DNA of 64,000 nucleotides from Eledone cirrhosa (lineage: Eukaryota): the NCBI GenBank assembly GCA_964016885.1, contig OZ024743.1, positions 54,312,001-54,376,000 of the forward strand, written 5' to 3'. Below the pieces are notes generated by a model that saw only the letters and a program-made list of their open reading frames with translations, was not told the origin of the DNA and did not search any database. Positions 12,864 through 26,482 of this stretch are shown one piece after another. How positions within the stretch are numbered: position 1 is the stretch's first letter; the number at the start of each line of letters is the position of its first letter. The position numbers and the translations under genes were made by a program.

Positions 12864-13234
12864 AAAAGGTAAACAGAAATAACAACACAATCGGTACAGT
12901 ATATGGAAGGTATATATTAGGTTAACGCTTGATATAGCAGGAGTAGGGTCCTAACGTTTCGGACGCTAGTCCTTCATCAGAAGAAAGAATGAGAAATAAA
13001 ATAGATTAAGGGGACGGGTGGGATGGAATTGGAAAAAAATGTCTTTAGATAAAAAGGAAGATGAGGTTGGAAAGATACAGGGAGGATTGGTTGCATATGG
13101 GGGGGGGGGTGCAGAGGTTGGAGGAAGCGCTTGAGAGTAGAATGGAGCTGGCGGAGAAAACATTTGAGATTGGGCATATTGAAGGTACTAGGGTGGGAGT
13201 GAAAAATAGAAGGCTGCGAAGAATGTAGTAGAGG

Positions 13235-13235
<1 letters not shown>
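12864..13235 (-). mobile_element. Hammerhead-bearing non-coding repeat (PLE pLTR-like), best-preserved copy, between (TA)n tracts
   Basis: Homologous to 8800-9000 and 29312-29520, with an intact hammerhead at 12949-12984. Confidence 0.7.
12949..12984 (-). ncRNA. Minimal type I hammerhead ribozyme
   Basis: TCTT-CTGATGA-A GGA CTAGCG TCC-GAAACGTT^AGGA: core intact, stem I TCTT/AGGA, palindromic stem III AACGTT. Confidence 0.75.
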
Positions 13236-13271
<36 letters not shown>

Positions 13272-13345
13272 TAACAGATTTGGATTTTAGTCTTAGTCTT
13301 CAAATTTATTATTATTACTATATATATATATATATATATATATAT

Positions 13346-13466
13346 GCCATTCTGAGTTCAAATCCCGCCGAGGTTAACTTTGCCTTTCATCCTTACGGGG
13401 TCGATAAAATAAAGTACCAGTAATGTACTGGGTAATTTCTGGCCTTGTGCCAATAGTAGAAACAAT

Positions 13467-13468
<2 letters not shown>
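13346..13468 (+). mobile_element. SINE, 5'-truncated
   Basis: B box through tail of the main SINE family. Confidence 0.8.
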
Positions 13469-13508
<40 letters not shown>

Positions 13509-13599
13509 TATGTTAAGGTATCCGAGCATATATATGTATGATTATTATTTTTCTCAATAAAAAAGATCAATGGACCTTGGTTTCAGCATGAAGAATATA

Positions 13600-13668
<69 letters not shown>

Positions 13669-14025
13669 AGCCGTATATCGTTTAAGAAACAGAGTCTTTC
13701 GTACTCTTTTACTCTTTTACCTGTTCCACCCATTCGGCTGAGGCCATGCTGGGGTACATAAAGTATGTAAAATTCAGGAAAAAGTACACACTATAAGGTG
13801 GAAAATCCCTTATTTCCTTTGCGACGCCGTTTCAAAGTATCGTGAGTAATCATCCATTGATTAACAAATATCGTAAAGAAAATAAGGTCTTTTCCACTTT
13901 AAAGTATGTACTTTCCCCTGAATATTGTATGCTTTATGTATGTTTTTCTCAAACGGGCTCTTTCTCTCTATATACATCTTTTCTTACCAAAGAAAATAGT
14001 GAAGTACTTCACTATAATCACATAT

Positions 14026-14070
<45 letters not shown>

Positions 14071-14072
<2 letters not shown>

Positions 14073-14254
14073 CGGAAGAAATGTGGTAAGGAACCAGGTG
14101 GACCATACCGCACCAAAGTACTCAATACTTAGGGTAGTAGAGTGGGTAATAGGTACGAGTAGGACCCCGACGGCTGAGCTCAAGCCGTTTCGACGGCTAG
14201 TTCAGAATTAGCCGTCGAAACGGCTTGAGCTCAGCCGTCGGAGTCCTACTCGTT

Positions 14255-14257
<3 letters not shown>
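14071..14257 (+). repeat. (TA)n-embedded cruciform repeat, copy 3
   Basis: Near-perfect palindrome at 14149-14258 with nested GACGGCT/AGCCGTC sub-hairpins. Confidence 0.85.
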
Positions 14258-14289
<32 letters not shown>

Positions 14290-14324
14290 AGGATTCCTGG
14301 CTTTCACCCAGGCGGCCCGGGTTC
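14290..14324 (+). pseudogene. tRNA-Glu(TTC) fragment (anticodon arm to T-loop)
   Basis: AGGATT CCTGG CTTTCAC CCAGG CGGCCCGGGTTC matches the conserved metazoan tRNA-Glu body. The acceptor stem and most of the D arm are absent. Confidence 0.7.
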
Positions 14325-14327
14325 ATG

Positions 14328-14540
14328 TCTAGAGAGGGTAACATTCCTGAGATCCATGGACGAGTTTTCTCCAGCGGTCTCTGTCCCTCATTATCGCTGC
14401 CATGTCCTGCGTCTCCAAGAGACCAGTGTATGTCCTTAGGACATCAACATACGTTAACCTCGGTCTTCTTCTTCCAGTGTGTCCATGCAGGGGCTCCCAC
14501 AGGTGCACTAAATGCAGTGTCAACTCTGGATGTCGGTGAG
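14328..14540 (-). mobile_element. RTE-clade LINE 3' end fragment
   Basis: RHPELTLHLVHLWEPLHGHTGRRRPRLTYVDVLRTYTGL...DRDRWRKLV. Confidence 0.7.
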
Positions 14541-14559
14541 CATGTCCAGCCAACCTCAG

Positions 14560-15022
14560 GAGCTGATGCAGTAATAGGTCAGCTTCAGCACTTGGTAATG
14601 AGAAAAAGGGAGGTAGGTGTAAAAGGCAAAGTCGTTATCTTCAATTCGGTATTCGCGTCAACCCTTACCAATGGTAATGACCAAAATAATAGGATCACGA
14701 ATACAAGCGGCCTAAATAGGGGTTCTTCCGAAGGGTCTGTGGAATAACGTTACACGATCTCATATACTTGCAGAAACTTCTACAGCAGGTCCCGTTGAAC
14801 GGGGTCATTTGTCTTTCTAAGTCTAAGAAGCAAGCATACACGTCTTGGCAATATTCTCAAGATTTCTTAAAGACCTGTCGCAGTGTGAAAACTTGGTCGA
14901 CTGGGCTCCGTCCGGAGCAAAGGCCAATCTGTTATCAGTTAGTTGGGATTTGACAATCGCCCCCCATCTCTTAGCCAGATATTTAGCAGACTTTACAGGG
15001 AGGCTTATCAAAAAAATCCCTC
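14560..15022. mobile_element. Two degraded RTE RT fragments in opposite orientations
   Basis: 14560-14755 (+) is homologous to 41990-42200. 14756-15022 (-) encodes ISLP.K...RS.VDQVFTLRQVFKKS.EY.QDVYACFLDLE across frameshifts. Confidence 0.65.
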
Positions 15023-15255
15023 AATAATTGGAGCAATCTCTCTGGTCTCCCCTTTTGAAATTGGGATTATATATATGCATGTATGTATGTATATATACAG
15101 AGTGACAGGCGCAGACAGGATGACAGTGTGTGTATGTGTGTGTATGTGTGTGTATGTGAGTGTATGTGTGTGTGTGTATATGTTTGTGTGTTTGTGCGCG
15201 CGTGTGTGTCACAAAATATACACCAAGAAACATCAGAGATAACCAAGTAGTAGCT

Positions 15256-15286
<31 letters not shown>

Positions 15287-15556
15287 AGACATGAAAGTAT
15301 TGCCGCCCAGATAAGAAGCTGATAAATTGTTTAAAAGGAGTATTTAAGCTGTGTAAAGAAGCAAACCAGACAGCCACCATTCCTTATGTTGTGTTCGGCA
15401 GTTCTTCAGTTCTTCAGAAACATACCGACATTTTAGGAAAAAGAAGGTATATAGCTTGAATACTAAAAAATGATGAGGTTCAACAGGGGTCAAAGGAGAG
15501 GGTTTTTCCTTGCAAGTTTGGCTTCAGTGTAATATATTTTCATGAAATAGCAATGT

Positions 15557-15642
<86 letters not shown>

Positions 15643-16002
15643 TGTGTACACGCACATGCATACATACATTCAGAAATAGTAAGATGACATGACACATACA
15701 TAATCTTACGTGTGTGTGTGTGTGTGTGTTTGTGTGAGAGAGGGAGAGGGGGTGTATGTGTATGTGTATAAACTGAGATGACAGAAAAATGCACAAAGGA
15801 CCAATTATATGATGGAAGATATACGTATATATTTACGCATGTATGTCTGTGTGTGTATTCATATATACACATATACATACGTACATATATATGCACACGC
15901 CCGTGTATATATACACATACGTATTGACACGTGTATATATATATACATATATATATAATATTCCAACGCTACACACACGCACAGACATACACACACACAC
16001 AA

Positions 16003-16053
<51 letters not shown>

Positions 16054-18609
16054 CAGATAGTGAGATCAAACTGAATAAAATAACAGATGATAAGAAAACA
16101 AAAATAAATTTAAAAAATTATTAAAAAAAACAAAACAAAGTGAAATAACAGTTTGATAATGTAAAGGATGCGACAATAGTACAAGAAGAATGAGGGAGTT
16201 GCAGATGAAGAGTAAGAGGAGGAGGAGATGGGTACGTGTCTCTAAATGAGGGAAGAGGGGTGAGAGAATAGCTAGTTATGGAGGAGGAGTAGAGGGTGAC
16301 AGATAGAGAGGCAGATGTAAAAGAAAACATAAAATAGGCAATGATGGGCGTTTTTTGTACTCAAATAATATAGGACTATATGAAAGCAGTTTAATACGGT
16401 AACAGTACTATGTGGAACCCATCCATAGCCGGCACTTCCATTAAGCACAACTAGGCAGCCACATAGGGCGCAGACATCAGAGAGGTTCAAAGCTCAGAGA
16501 GGCTCAAACCTCCGAGAAGCGCATTAATGAACCTTAAATGATCACTGTTTATAAAAGAAATTGCATAATTACTTTAAATATATAATGAAGAAAAGTTAAC
16601 AAATGAAACATCGTGTTATGGAAAGGCGAGCAAATTTCAATTATAAAGGTTTGCTAGCTTACTCTATGCTACCATTACCCAGGTTTCTCTATTAAATAGT
16701 CGTACAAGATGGGCATATAAGCCCCTAGAGACTGAAAAATGTAGACATAATTTATTCACTTTGGTGTAATGGAAACGCAGCCGTCCGGTGTATGGCATAT
16801 GTAAATTAGATTCCTATAGGCAACATTGTCCACTTCCATCTCTAGAGTCTCGTATGTAACTAGTACAAAATTTTAGTATGTTACCCATTCGCTAACCAGA
16901 GTTGGAAGCCGAATAATTTTAGAGAGCTTAAATTTGATTGCTTGGTCGAACCACACAAGTCCCCCTTGTTCGACCTACTGACCAATATATAATTATATAA
17001 TCATTTCCTGCGATCAATAAATAATCACCAAATATCATTGCCGCCTAGCAACGTTATGGAAATATTCAAAGCTGTGGAGTGTGTATGATATTATCACCTG
17101 TCACATGATTTGGTGTGGGTGAGTGTCGACTGTTTAGTTGAAAATTCAAGTTTAGTAATTTTCTTGGTGTGGTCAGACCAAAAATGAAATGAGCCGATCA
17201 GCAGATCCAACCAAGGAAATAATAATTCAATTGTCCTTTCCATTGCTGATACTGTCTGCCGGTCGCAACTCCCAACAGAAAGAGCAACATGAAATAAGTA
17301 TTTTGCTCAAGAGCACAACGCACCATCCGATACTGGAATCGAACCCACCACGTTATGATCACGAGTTCAACATTGTAACAACCAGGCAACACATTTTCAT
17401 CAGCAAGAAGTAATAAAAATCATGTTCGTCAATTTACCAAACTGTAAGTTGAAATTATGTTATTGGAGAGAATGTGCCATATGGCTGGGAGAAGACTGCA
17501 CACAATATAGAGCTAATCAATGGTACTAAATACCCAGGTGTCGGCTTTGCTTAAATCACCCTAGTTTCATGACATAAACTGTCCGTTTTAAAATGTTCAT
17601 ACTTATATTAAAATCTTCCATCACAATTCTATGAAAAACATTTTTCTTCGGTAATGTTCCAAACACGAGCATGAAATAATTATTTTAATAAATTTCGCTA
17701 AATTATTTCAAAAGTAATTCAAACCCATTCTCAGTATATTTCATTAGAAATATGGTGACAGAAGGCTTGAAATATGCTTGTTTTCTTTTCTTCTCTTATT
17801 CATCTCCATATGAAGGCTTGTGACTCAGTGGTTAAGTTTATCGGCTCACGGTCTTAAGGTTCGGCAGCTTAATCAAACAGAGTTGAAATAATTTTATTTG
17901 GGAGAATCGGGCGCACGTTGTAGATCTAAAATAGGAGGTTAAATTTCAAGGCATCGGCTCCGTGGGGGTGATAGACAGGTCATAAAGTAGTTTTATCCTG
18001 TAGTAAAAATATGAAAATATGAAAAATATGAAACACAGGTACTATTATACCAACTATACAGCCAAAACTTCAATATGTAATAATTTCTTGCGGTCAATAT
18101 ATAGATAATTAAACATCATATTTGCTGTATTGCAGCATGGCGGAAATATCTAAAGCGGTGGAAAATGACGAATGAATTTATGAACTGTCATGATTAGGTG
18201 TGAGTGAGAGTGTACTGTGTAGTGGAAAATGCATACGTAGTAATTTTCTTAGTGTTAATCAGAACAAATATGAAAAACTAGGTTTGTCAGCTTACCAAAC
18301 TGTAATTTTGAATTATTTTATTTGAGAGAATGGGACACACATCTAAATATGTAGATGCCGGTTCTGGTTGACAGACAGACAGATGTAAATGGAAAAAAAA
18401 AGAACCAACGATGGGCGTATTTTGTACTAAAATAACACAGAACCATATGATAGCACTTTAATTTTGTAGAGAAATAATGTGGAACCTCGTCAAACGATGT
18501 CTCCTTCATTTAATCCTTCTTTTATTCTTTTTTTCTTTCTATCTTTCTTTCATCTTTTCTTTCATATTCCTACGCGTCTACGCGAACTTTGTCTGTTTTG
18601 CTTCTGAGC

Positions 18610-19190
18610 CACAGCCACCACCTTCACAACCACCACCACCACAACCACCACCACCACTACCACCACCACCACCACCACCACTACCACCATCAACACCACC
18701 ACCACCAACAACAACAACAACAACCATACCAAAACAGCAGTCATCACCATTGTCACCATCACATCAACCACAACCATTATCATCATCATCATCACCACCA
18801 TCACCACCACCACCACCACAACTATCATCACCATCACCAGAACCACTACCACTACCACCATCAACACCACCACCACCACCAGCAGCAACAACAACCATAC
18901 CAAAACAGCAGTCATCACCATTGTCACCATCACATCAACCACAACCATTATCATCATCATCACCACCACCACCACAACTATCATCACCATCACCAGAACC
19001 ACTACCACTACCACCATCAACACCACCACCACCACCACCACCAGCAACAACAACCATACCAAAACAGCAGTCATCACCATTGTCACCATCACATCAACCA
19101 CAACCATTATCATCACCACCACCACCACCACCAGCACCAACACAACTATCATCACCATCATCGTCGTTGTCATCCTGGTCGTCGTCATCA
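18610..19190. repeat. Three tandem ~170-bp low-complexity (CCA/TCA/ACA) units
   Basis: CAACCATACCAAAACAGCAGTCATCACCATTGTCACCATCACATCAACCACAACCATTATC recurs at ~18721, ~18892 and ~19051. Confidence 0.8.
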
Positions 19191-19489
19191 TGGTGAACAT
19201 CAACAGTATCAGTTGACTGTGACGACAGTGTCACATGACAAGTGGTTGACCTGCTATCAGTTGAAGTAATAAAGTTCACGTCTTGTCTCAGTGCAGAGCC
19301 CTGGAAAATGGCGGCGAGAGTGGTGAGTGAGGGGGGAGGAGGAGGAATAGGTGGTGGTGGTGGCGATGATGAATATTGATACAATACGAAAGAAAATAAT
19401 TTTGAAAAATTAGTATAATACACTATGTATATATTCATGTATGTAAATATGTATGTATATGTGTGTGTGTATATATGTATGTATTTATG

Positions 19490-19566
<77 letters not shown>

Positions 19567-19583
19567 TATATATATATATATAT

Positions 19584-19742
<159 letters not shown>

Positions 19743-19748
19743 ATATAT

Positions 19749-19864
<116 letters not shown>

Positions 19865-19987
19865 GTGTGGGGTGGGGCTATGTATATATGCATATTTATT
19901 TGTGTATGTATGTGTGTACTTGTGTAAGTATGTATCTAACTATCTATCTATCTATAGAAATATATCTATGTACGTATGCATGTGTAC

Positions 19988-20020
<33 letters not shown>

Positions 20021-20063
20021 TGTATGTATGTATGTATGTATGTATGTATGTATGTATGTATGC

Positions 20064-20111
<48 letters not shown>

Positions 20112-21579
20112 ATCGTCCAGAGTCTAATTATTCCCGATAGATGTCGCTCTGCCAATATTTGCCGCCATTTTGTAAAACCTGGTGTTTTGTAAAACTTGGG
20201 CGGAGTTTTCTACATGAAGCACAGCAATATTGTGTCAATTAAGAGAGGTATTTACCTTCCTTGTGGGGTATCACAACATGCATCTGTTGCCATGCCATTT
20301 CACTGAGAAGACTACAACAACAGCAACAACACCAGTATCAACAGCAAAGTCATTAACTACAACAACACTGGCAACATTACTAATAATAACAATAACAGGC
20401 GTCCTCATCAGCAAAAACAACAACAACAACAACACTAAAGTCATTAAATATAAGAACACTAGCAGCAATAATAATAATAACAGACATCCTCATAGACGAC
20501 AACAACAACAGTAACAACAAAAACAACAACAACAGCATTTATAACAACTAACAGATGAACCTCCGTGAGAAATAGAAAGAAAAATAAATAATTGTTTAAA
20601 AATAAGAAGGAAAAAATAAAGGGAATGCTTCTCTCTCTTTGAAACAACATTACGTTGTCTTGATAAACTTCGCTCCGGTTTATAAATATTTCAAACGTCT
20701 TCTATTACACTGAAGCCATTTTGTTGACCCCCGGGACATCAAATCCCTCCTACTGAATACAAACACTTCGACGTCTGTTTCAACAGCCAACAACCAGGCG
20801 TTCGTATTTCCTGTGCTATGTATAAACATTAACACCCATCGTGCTACACGGAATGACATTACTAAATGAGCAGAGGGAGGGAATGCCAAAACCACATTGC
20901 TTTTTTTTTCCCCTTTCTTTCTTCAAGTTATGATAGTTCTAAAATGCTGCTTCACATTCTGGCTTCTGTTACTCCCAGCATACAGGATGCTCTAATTTGT
21001 TTTCTTCTTAAGTGGAAATATATATATAAAAAAAATACTTGGGGTATATGATAAAATAGAAACGGATGGGCTTTACTCTTGTAATATAATCTATATTTGA
21101 AGTGAATGTTGTAACGTGAGAAATGCTCTCAGTGCACCACTCGGCTGTCTGTTTTCTAGTCCCGATTGTAGTAACCATTTCAGTTCATATACATTGCTAA
21201 TATCTTTGAAAGATGGATAATCGTTATAACATCCATTTTTCTCACTCATACCGGGTTTGGATGAACAAATCTGAACCACAAATTAATTTTACTGCCTCAA
21301 TGAGGTCAGACAACATCACTAATGTGTGTGACCTTGTGTGATTATATATTCTTGATATACTAAACACCACTGGTATATACTGAGACAACGGCCTGGCATC
21401 ACACAACTCTGGTGAGCATACATGAAATAAATTCCGTGAACAATTAATAATTATTTTCTGTAACCTAGGACTAACGGTCAAAGTAGACACTAACTTCTCT
21501 AAGGCTAACTACCTAGACCTAAACTACAGATTCTTAAAAGCTAACTGCTAAAACCTAAGTACATGTTCCATAAGGTAAA

Positions 21580-22250
21580 TTAAAAGTTAATATACATTAG
21601 CATAGGCTCGTAATGTTTCGAAATCTAGTCCCTAACATAGCCGCAGAATATCTAATTTATCATTCTCTTTGAAAATATTTGATAACACAGCCCCCTATTA
21701 AAGTAGTGCTTTCCTATTCAGCAGCTTCAAAGATAAGATTCAGTATACACAATATACCTTTCCATAAAATAGAAATAGGAATAAACCTCGGGAATTATCT
21801 AGTTCACACCCCTTTTCTATCTAAATGTAATAACCTATCTAAGCAAAAAAAAATTTGAATTAATAGCCAAATATGTCCTCCACAGGACAGAGATAGTAGA
21901 ATCTTCAGTAGGAATTCCATTGTGATCAGCTATCCTGTGGCCCCTCCATTAAGTCAATGATAACTGTAAAAACCCGGATGCTCTTGCCAAAGAACGAATG
22001 CCTATTGCAGCAGGCTTGTAACATACATCGATAATATAGGAAGATGATGTTACACCCGAGAACCCCATTTAAACAGTTGGTGGAAAAATAAATGTGGAGA
22101 AATGCATGAGAATTAAAGGATAAAAAGAGTGCGTGCACCAAAGGATCTATCAAATGAAGGCTTTACCAGTGAAGAAGGTAGAATGCTCCAGAGCTTAAAA
22201 TATTATAAAGAAATTTTGAGGAGCTGTTTGCATTTCAAAAAAATATTTGC
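21580..22250 (+). mobile_element. Highly degraded Penelope-like element fragment (thumb-linker-GIY-YIG)
   Basis: Broken-frame remnants resembling S.FKDKIQY, F.PPF..NV.T.L.K.F..LI.K, RIFSRNSI.ISY.C and CLLQ, ENPFKQ. Confidence 0.45.
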
Positions 22251-23703
22251 TCTCTTCATGGAATCCCCATATCCTAGACATACAGTTTACATACATAGCT
22301 AGATATACAAAACCCACTTTAAACATACCTGTATGTTTCCTGCAACTCACAAACTAATACAGTTTCTCAACATTTCAGGCTTTATAAGTACTCAGGGGGC
22401 GTAAGCGGGGGTGGATGTGGAAAATCAGTATTTTTTTCTATGTTGGCTCCGTTGATTTCTTTTAAAATCAAAATTAGTCGTTTAGTTTACATATTGAGAC
22501 CACAGCACATCCTATTTATTTTATAGCACATGGGAGTTTTAGTAATGTACTTTTTTTTTGTCATGTATAATGTTTTTTTTAATGTATAAAGAAAATTAAT
22601 TGCCGCTAGAAATAGATTAGCAAAATTTAATGAGCTGAGGTGGGGGTAGAATAAAAGCAGGAGGGCGGTTGGAAAAAATCTGAAAAATTAGTAAACGAGG
22701 ACACACACCTTCCGTCACCATGAATACTCCAGCTATATAACCTCAGCAGGAAGAAAAGCAAATGAAGTCAACTTTATCCTTATTTCTTCCGGGGCCGATA
22801 GAACCAGTCAAATACTGGGGTTGATTTAATCAAATTTTCCCTCCCATAAATTGCTGGCCTTGTGCCCAATTTAGAAGTCATTATATATACATATAAGCTA
22901 TATGAATAAATATATAGATTGACCGATCGATAGAAACATGCATAAAAATAATGTACAGACATAGCTACATACATGCATACATGCTTGAACGTATATATAC
23001 ATGCATATATACCTAGATACACACAGAGACAGAGATTGAATTACGTATACATACAAACATATATACGCACATACTTATATGCATACATGCATACACCTAT
23101 ATACATGCATACACGCATATACATACACCAAAATATATAAAAACATACATTCATGCATACATACATGCATACATACGTACATACATACGTACATACATAC
23201 ATACATATATACATACATAGTTACATACTTATACAAATGCATATATTTTTGTAGAATGATAAAGAAAACACTCTTCCGATTTTCACATATTTTTCCTTAA
23301 TACCACACTGCAAATATAATATGAAGGTGTCGTTAAATAGGTAGATATACATCTCATGTCTTGGATAGATGCTAAGGTGAGGTGTTGAATCACCTATCTT
23401 GTTAGCAATCAGAGTCACTAGCGCCCTTTATCCACTAATCGCTTCATCTTTTGATATGGCGTTTCAGAACTGTATTTAAAATGCATCAATGCGTAATATT
23501 TGAAGTGCCATGCGCATGCCTATGTGCGTGCGCACGCTTATGTGTGGATGAGTGTTTTGTTGTATGTGTGCCTATGAATGCGTGTGTGACTATTTGAGTG
23601 TGAGTGTGTGTGAGTATTTGTATGGGTGTCATTGAGTTTTTCGATCAATGGCTGTGCGTGCGTTTGTTTCTGTGTGTGAATCATCATTTCTTTAACACTG
23701 TAT

Positions 23704-23755
<52 letters not shown>

Positions 23756-24684
23756 TTTGGTATGTATTGCTATATCTATGTGTATCATTACGTGATTGTT
23801 TATATAAATATGTGGACCAATGCGTGAGTGTTTCGATCTATTCATAGAAAATTATCGTTTACAATTGCACATACGCATAAATGTAGTAAACATTATACAC
23901 GTCAATATACATCTTATCACACGAACACTTATACACATACACACACAGAGAGTCACCGACACGTGTCTATCTATCTGTCTATATAATAACAGTGTTTAGG
24001 GAAAGATTCAATATAATTTAGAGAAAAGATTAAACTTAGATTAGAATAATGAGAAAGTTCTTCCAACTCTTGTTACCTGAAGTTGTCACTACAGTGAGGA
24101 AACAACCAATGCAATCCATAAGGTTATCTACAGAAAAAGGCTTAATTTACTGTTGGTTCATATAGGGCATGTTTTACGAAAATATTGAATCTTTAACAAC
24201 TCTACGTTAACAAACTATGCGTTCTGATAACATGTCCTTTTGGGCACATGGATTATGTTATATACGAGCTAACTTGTATCAAATACGGCGAATATTTCAT
24301 TGGCGACATGATTTGGCTCTTGCACAGCCGAAACAAAGGCCACCTGCTCACATGCTACTCTCCCGATCAAAACATAAATTATTTGGGGCTGTGATATAGG
24401 GTGGCCTCGTGGTAAGGGTGTTTGACTTACGATCATAATGTTCTCATGGGCTGGGCTGTATGTTGTAGTCTTGAGCAAAACACTTCATTTCACGTTACTT
24501 GAGTATATTCTGCTGAAAATGAGTACCAACAATAGCTGCGGGTTTAACCCTGCGATGGAATCTATCAAATACGGCGAATATTACAATGGCAATATCAATT
24601 GGCTCTTGCACAGCCGAAACAAAAACCACTTGTGCACACGTTACTCCTCACGACAAAAATATATATTACTTGGTGCTGAGATAT

Positions 24685-24970
24685 AGGATGGCCTTGTGGT
24701 AAGGTTGCTGGACTTACGATCATAATATTGAGGATTTAATTCCTGGGCAGGGTTGTGTGTTGTGTTCTTGAGCAAAACACTTCATTTCACGTTGCTCCAG
24801 TACACTCAGCTGAAAATGAGTAGGGCCAATAGCTGGGGGTTTAATCCTGCGATGGGCTGGTGTCCAGTCCAAGGGGAAATCTTGAATTTTCTGTCGCTTC
24901 ACGCCACGAAACCGGGATAGGCATTGGCCTGACGAGTCTCCTAGCTTGAGACAGACTTTAGACTTAGACT
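24685..24970 (+). mobile_element. Second tRNA-derived SINE family (V-domain-like); partial tandem duplicate at ~24397-24560
   Basis: TGGCCTTGTGG A box, GTTGTGTTCTTGAGCAAAACACTT, CCTGCGATGGGCTGGTGTCCAGTCCAAGGG and a (GACTT/TAGAC)n tail. Confidence 0.65.
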
Positions 24971-25080
24971 CTGATATAGGTCTATAGTGTGTAAGAATAT
25001 GCGTAAAGGTTTAAATTCAGACACACGATAAACAGGAGATATACGCGCTATTAACTTAACTTCGTGGCATGTCTTGCGTT

Positions 25081-25121
25081 GCATAACTGAGAGTTTCGTA
25101 GACTAAAAACCTCATCAGGTG
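25081..25121 (-). ncRNA. Degenerate hammerhead motif
   Basis: CAC-CTGATGA-GGTTTTTAGTCTAC-GAAACT CTC AGTT-ATG: core intact, stems I and II eroded. Confidence 0.4.
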
Positions 25122-25244
25122 ATGTAAAATTGCAGAACATTCCAGTGACAAGCAGACACCTGTGTCGTGTGTGGAATTCAAGACGAATGCCTGCAACTGA
25201 AAATGTACCTAAAAACAGACACTTTTGTCGAGTTATTTTTATGT

Positions 25245-25317
<73 letters not shown>

Positions 25318-25325
25318 ATATATAC

Positions 25326-25397
<72 letters not shown>

Positions 25398-25454
25398 ATG
25401 TTTATACATACATATATATATGTATGTATGCATGTATATATATATATATTTATG

Positions 25455-25513
<59 letters not shown>

Positions 25514-26363
25514 AAATGAGTGAGATATTGGAAGTAAGTCTGCTAGTATTCTTAAATAAAAAGTCGGTGAACACATTTCAGCGAGAAAATTAGAAATATC
25601 TTAGATTTTTTTCTAATGTAATTTAATTAGAATTCTTCACCTCAATTGCAAGTTTTATATCATCATCGTCGTCATCATCATCATCATCATCGTCGCTGCC
25701 CTACCAACGCCAACAGTACTACCACCACTACACCACCACCACTATTACCTCCACCAACATCATCATTATGGTTACCACTACCAAAAGTGCCATTATCATG
25801 ATCTTCGTCATAATCATTAACATCAGTCTTCAGTCTAAATTAGAAACTATTACTATTTTTACTAACAGTATGAGAGATGAATTGGCAGTATCGTTAGAGC
25901 ATCGGACAAATTGCATTGCTGATTTTGGTTCGGCTCTTTACCTTCTGTGGATAAATCCCACCGCGGGGTTAATATAATCAACTTTTACTTTCCACCAAAT
26001 TACTGGAATTGTGCGAATATTAGAAAGAATCTTTAGTAATAGTCGATTGGAAACATCAGTAAAGAATTGGGAAAATGCTTTAGACCCTAAAGCTTAGGGT
26101 ATTCGTTCCGGCTATGGTTAACCCCCACCTCAGAGGGGGTCAATATAACCTTATTTCCCCAACCCCCAAAATTACTGGCCTTGTGCCAATGCTAGAAAGT
26201 ATTATTATTGATTGTGAATTGGCAGCATCGTTAGAACGTTGGAATGCTTGAGCGTATTTGTTCCGGCTTTTTACATTTTGAGTTCAAATCCTGAGGCGGT
26301 TCAATTTGCTATTATCCTTCCTGAGTTGTTAAACTGAAGTATCAATCAAGTACAGGCTCTATG

Positions 26364-26482
26364 TAATATAGAAATGGCTTCTACAGGACTAAAACTTTCA
26401 TTCGATGGAAATCATCAGGACTTTCCCGATGATTTCCTTCGAATGAAACTGTTCGAGTCTTTTAGAAACGATTTCTATATTA
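26364..26482. repeat. Imperfect ~120-bp inverted repeat made of two back-to-back hammerhead-like cores
   Basis: TAATATAGAAAT...TTTCATTCGA.GGAAATCATC / GATGATTTCC.TCGAATGAAA...ATTTCTATATTA. Confidence 0.75.

Noticed and set aside
18477-19269. Pro-rich (extensin-like) or His-rich ORFs
   Set aside because: Trinucleotide low-complexity tandem repeat, open in several frames and on both strands, with no non-repetitive domain.
24905-24955. GAAAC...CTGACGAG in the SINE tail as a permuted hammerhead
   Set aside because: The required stems around a NUH site cannot be formed; it appears to be ordinary SINE tail sequence.
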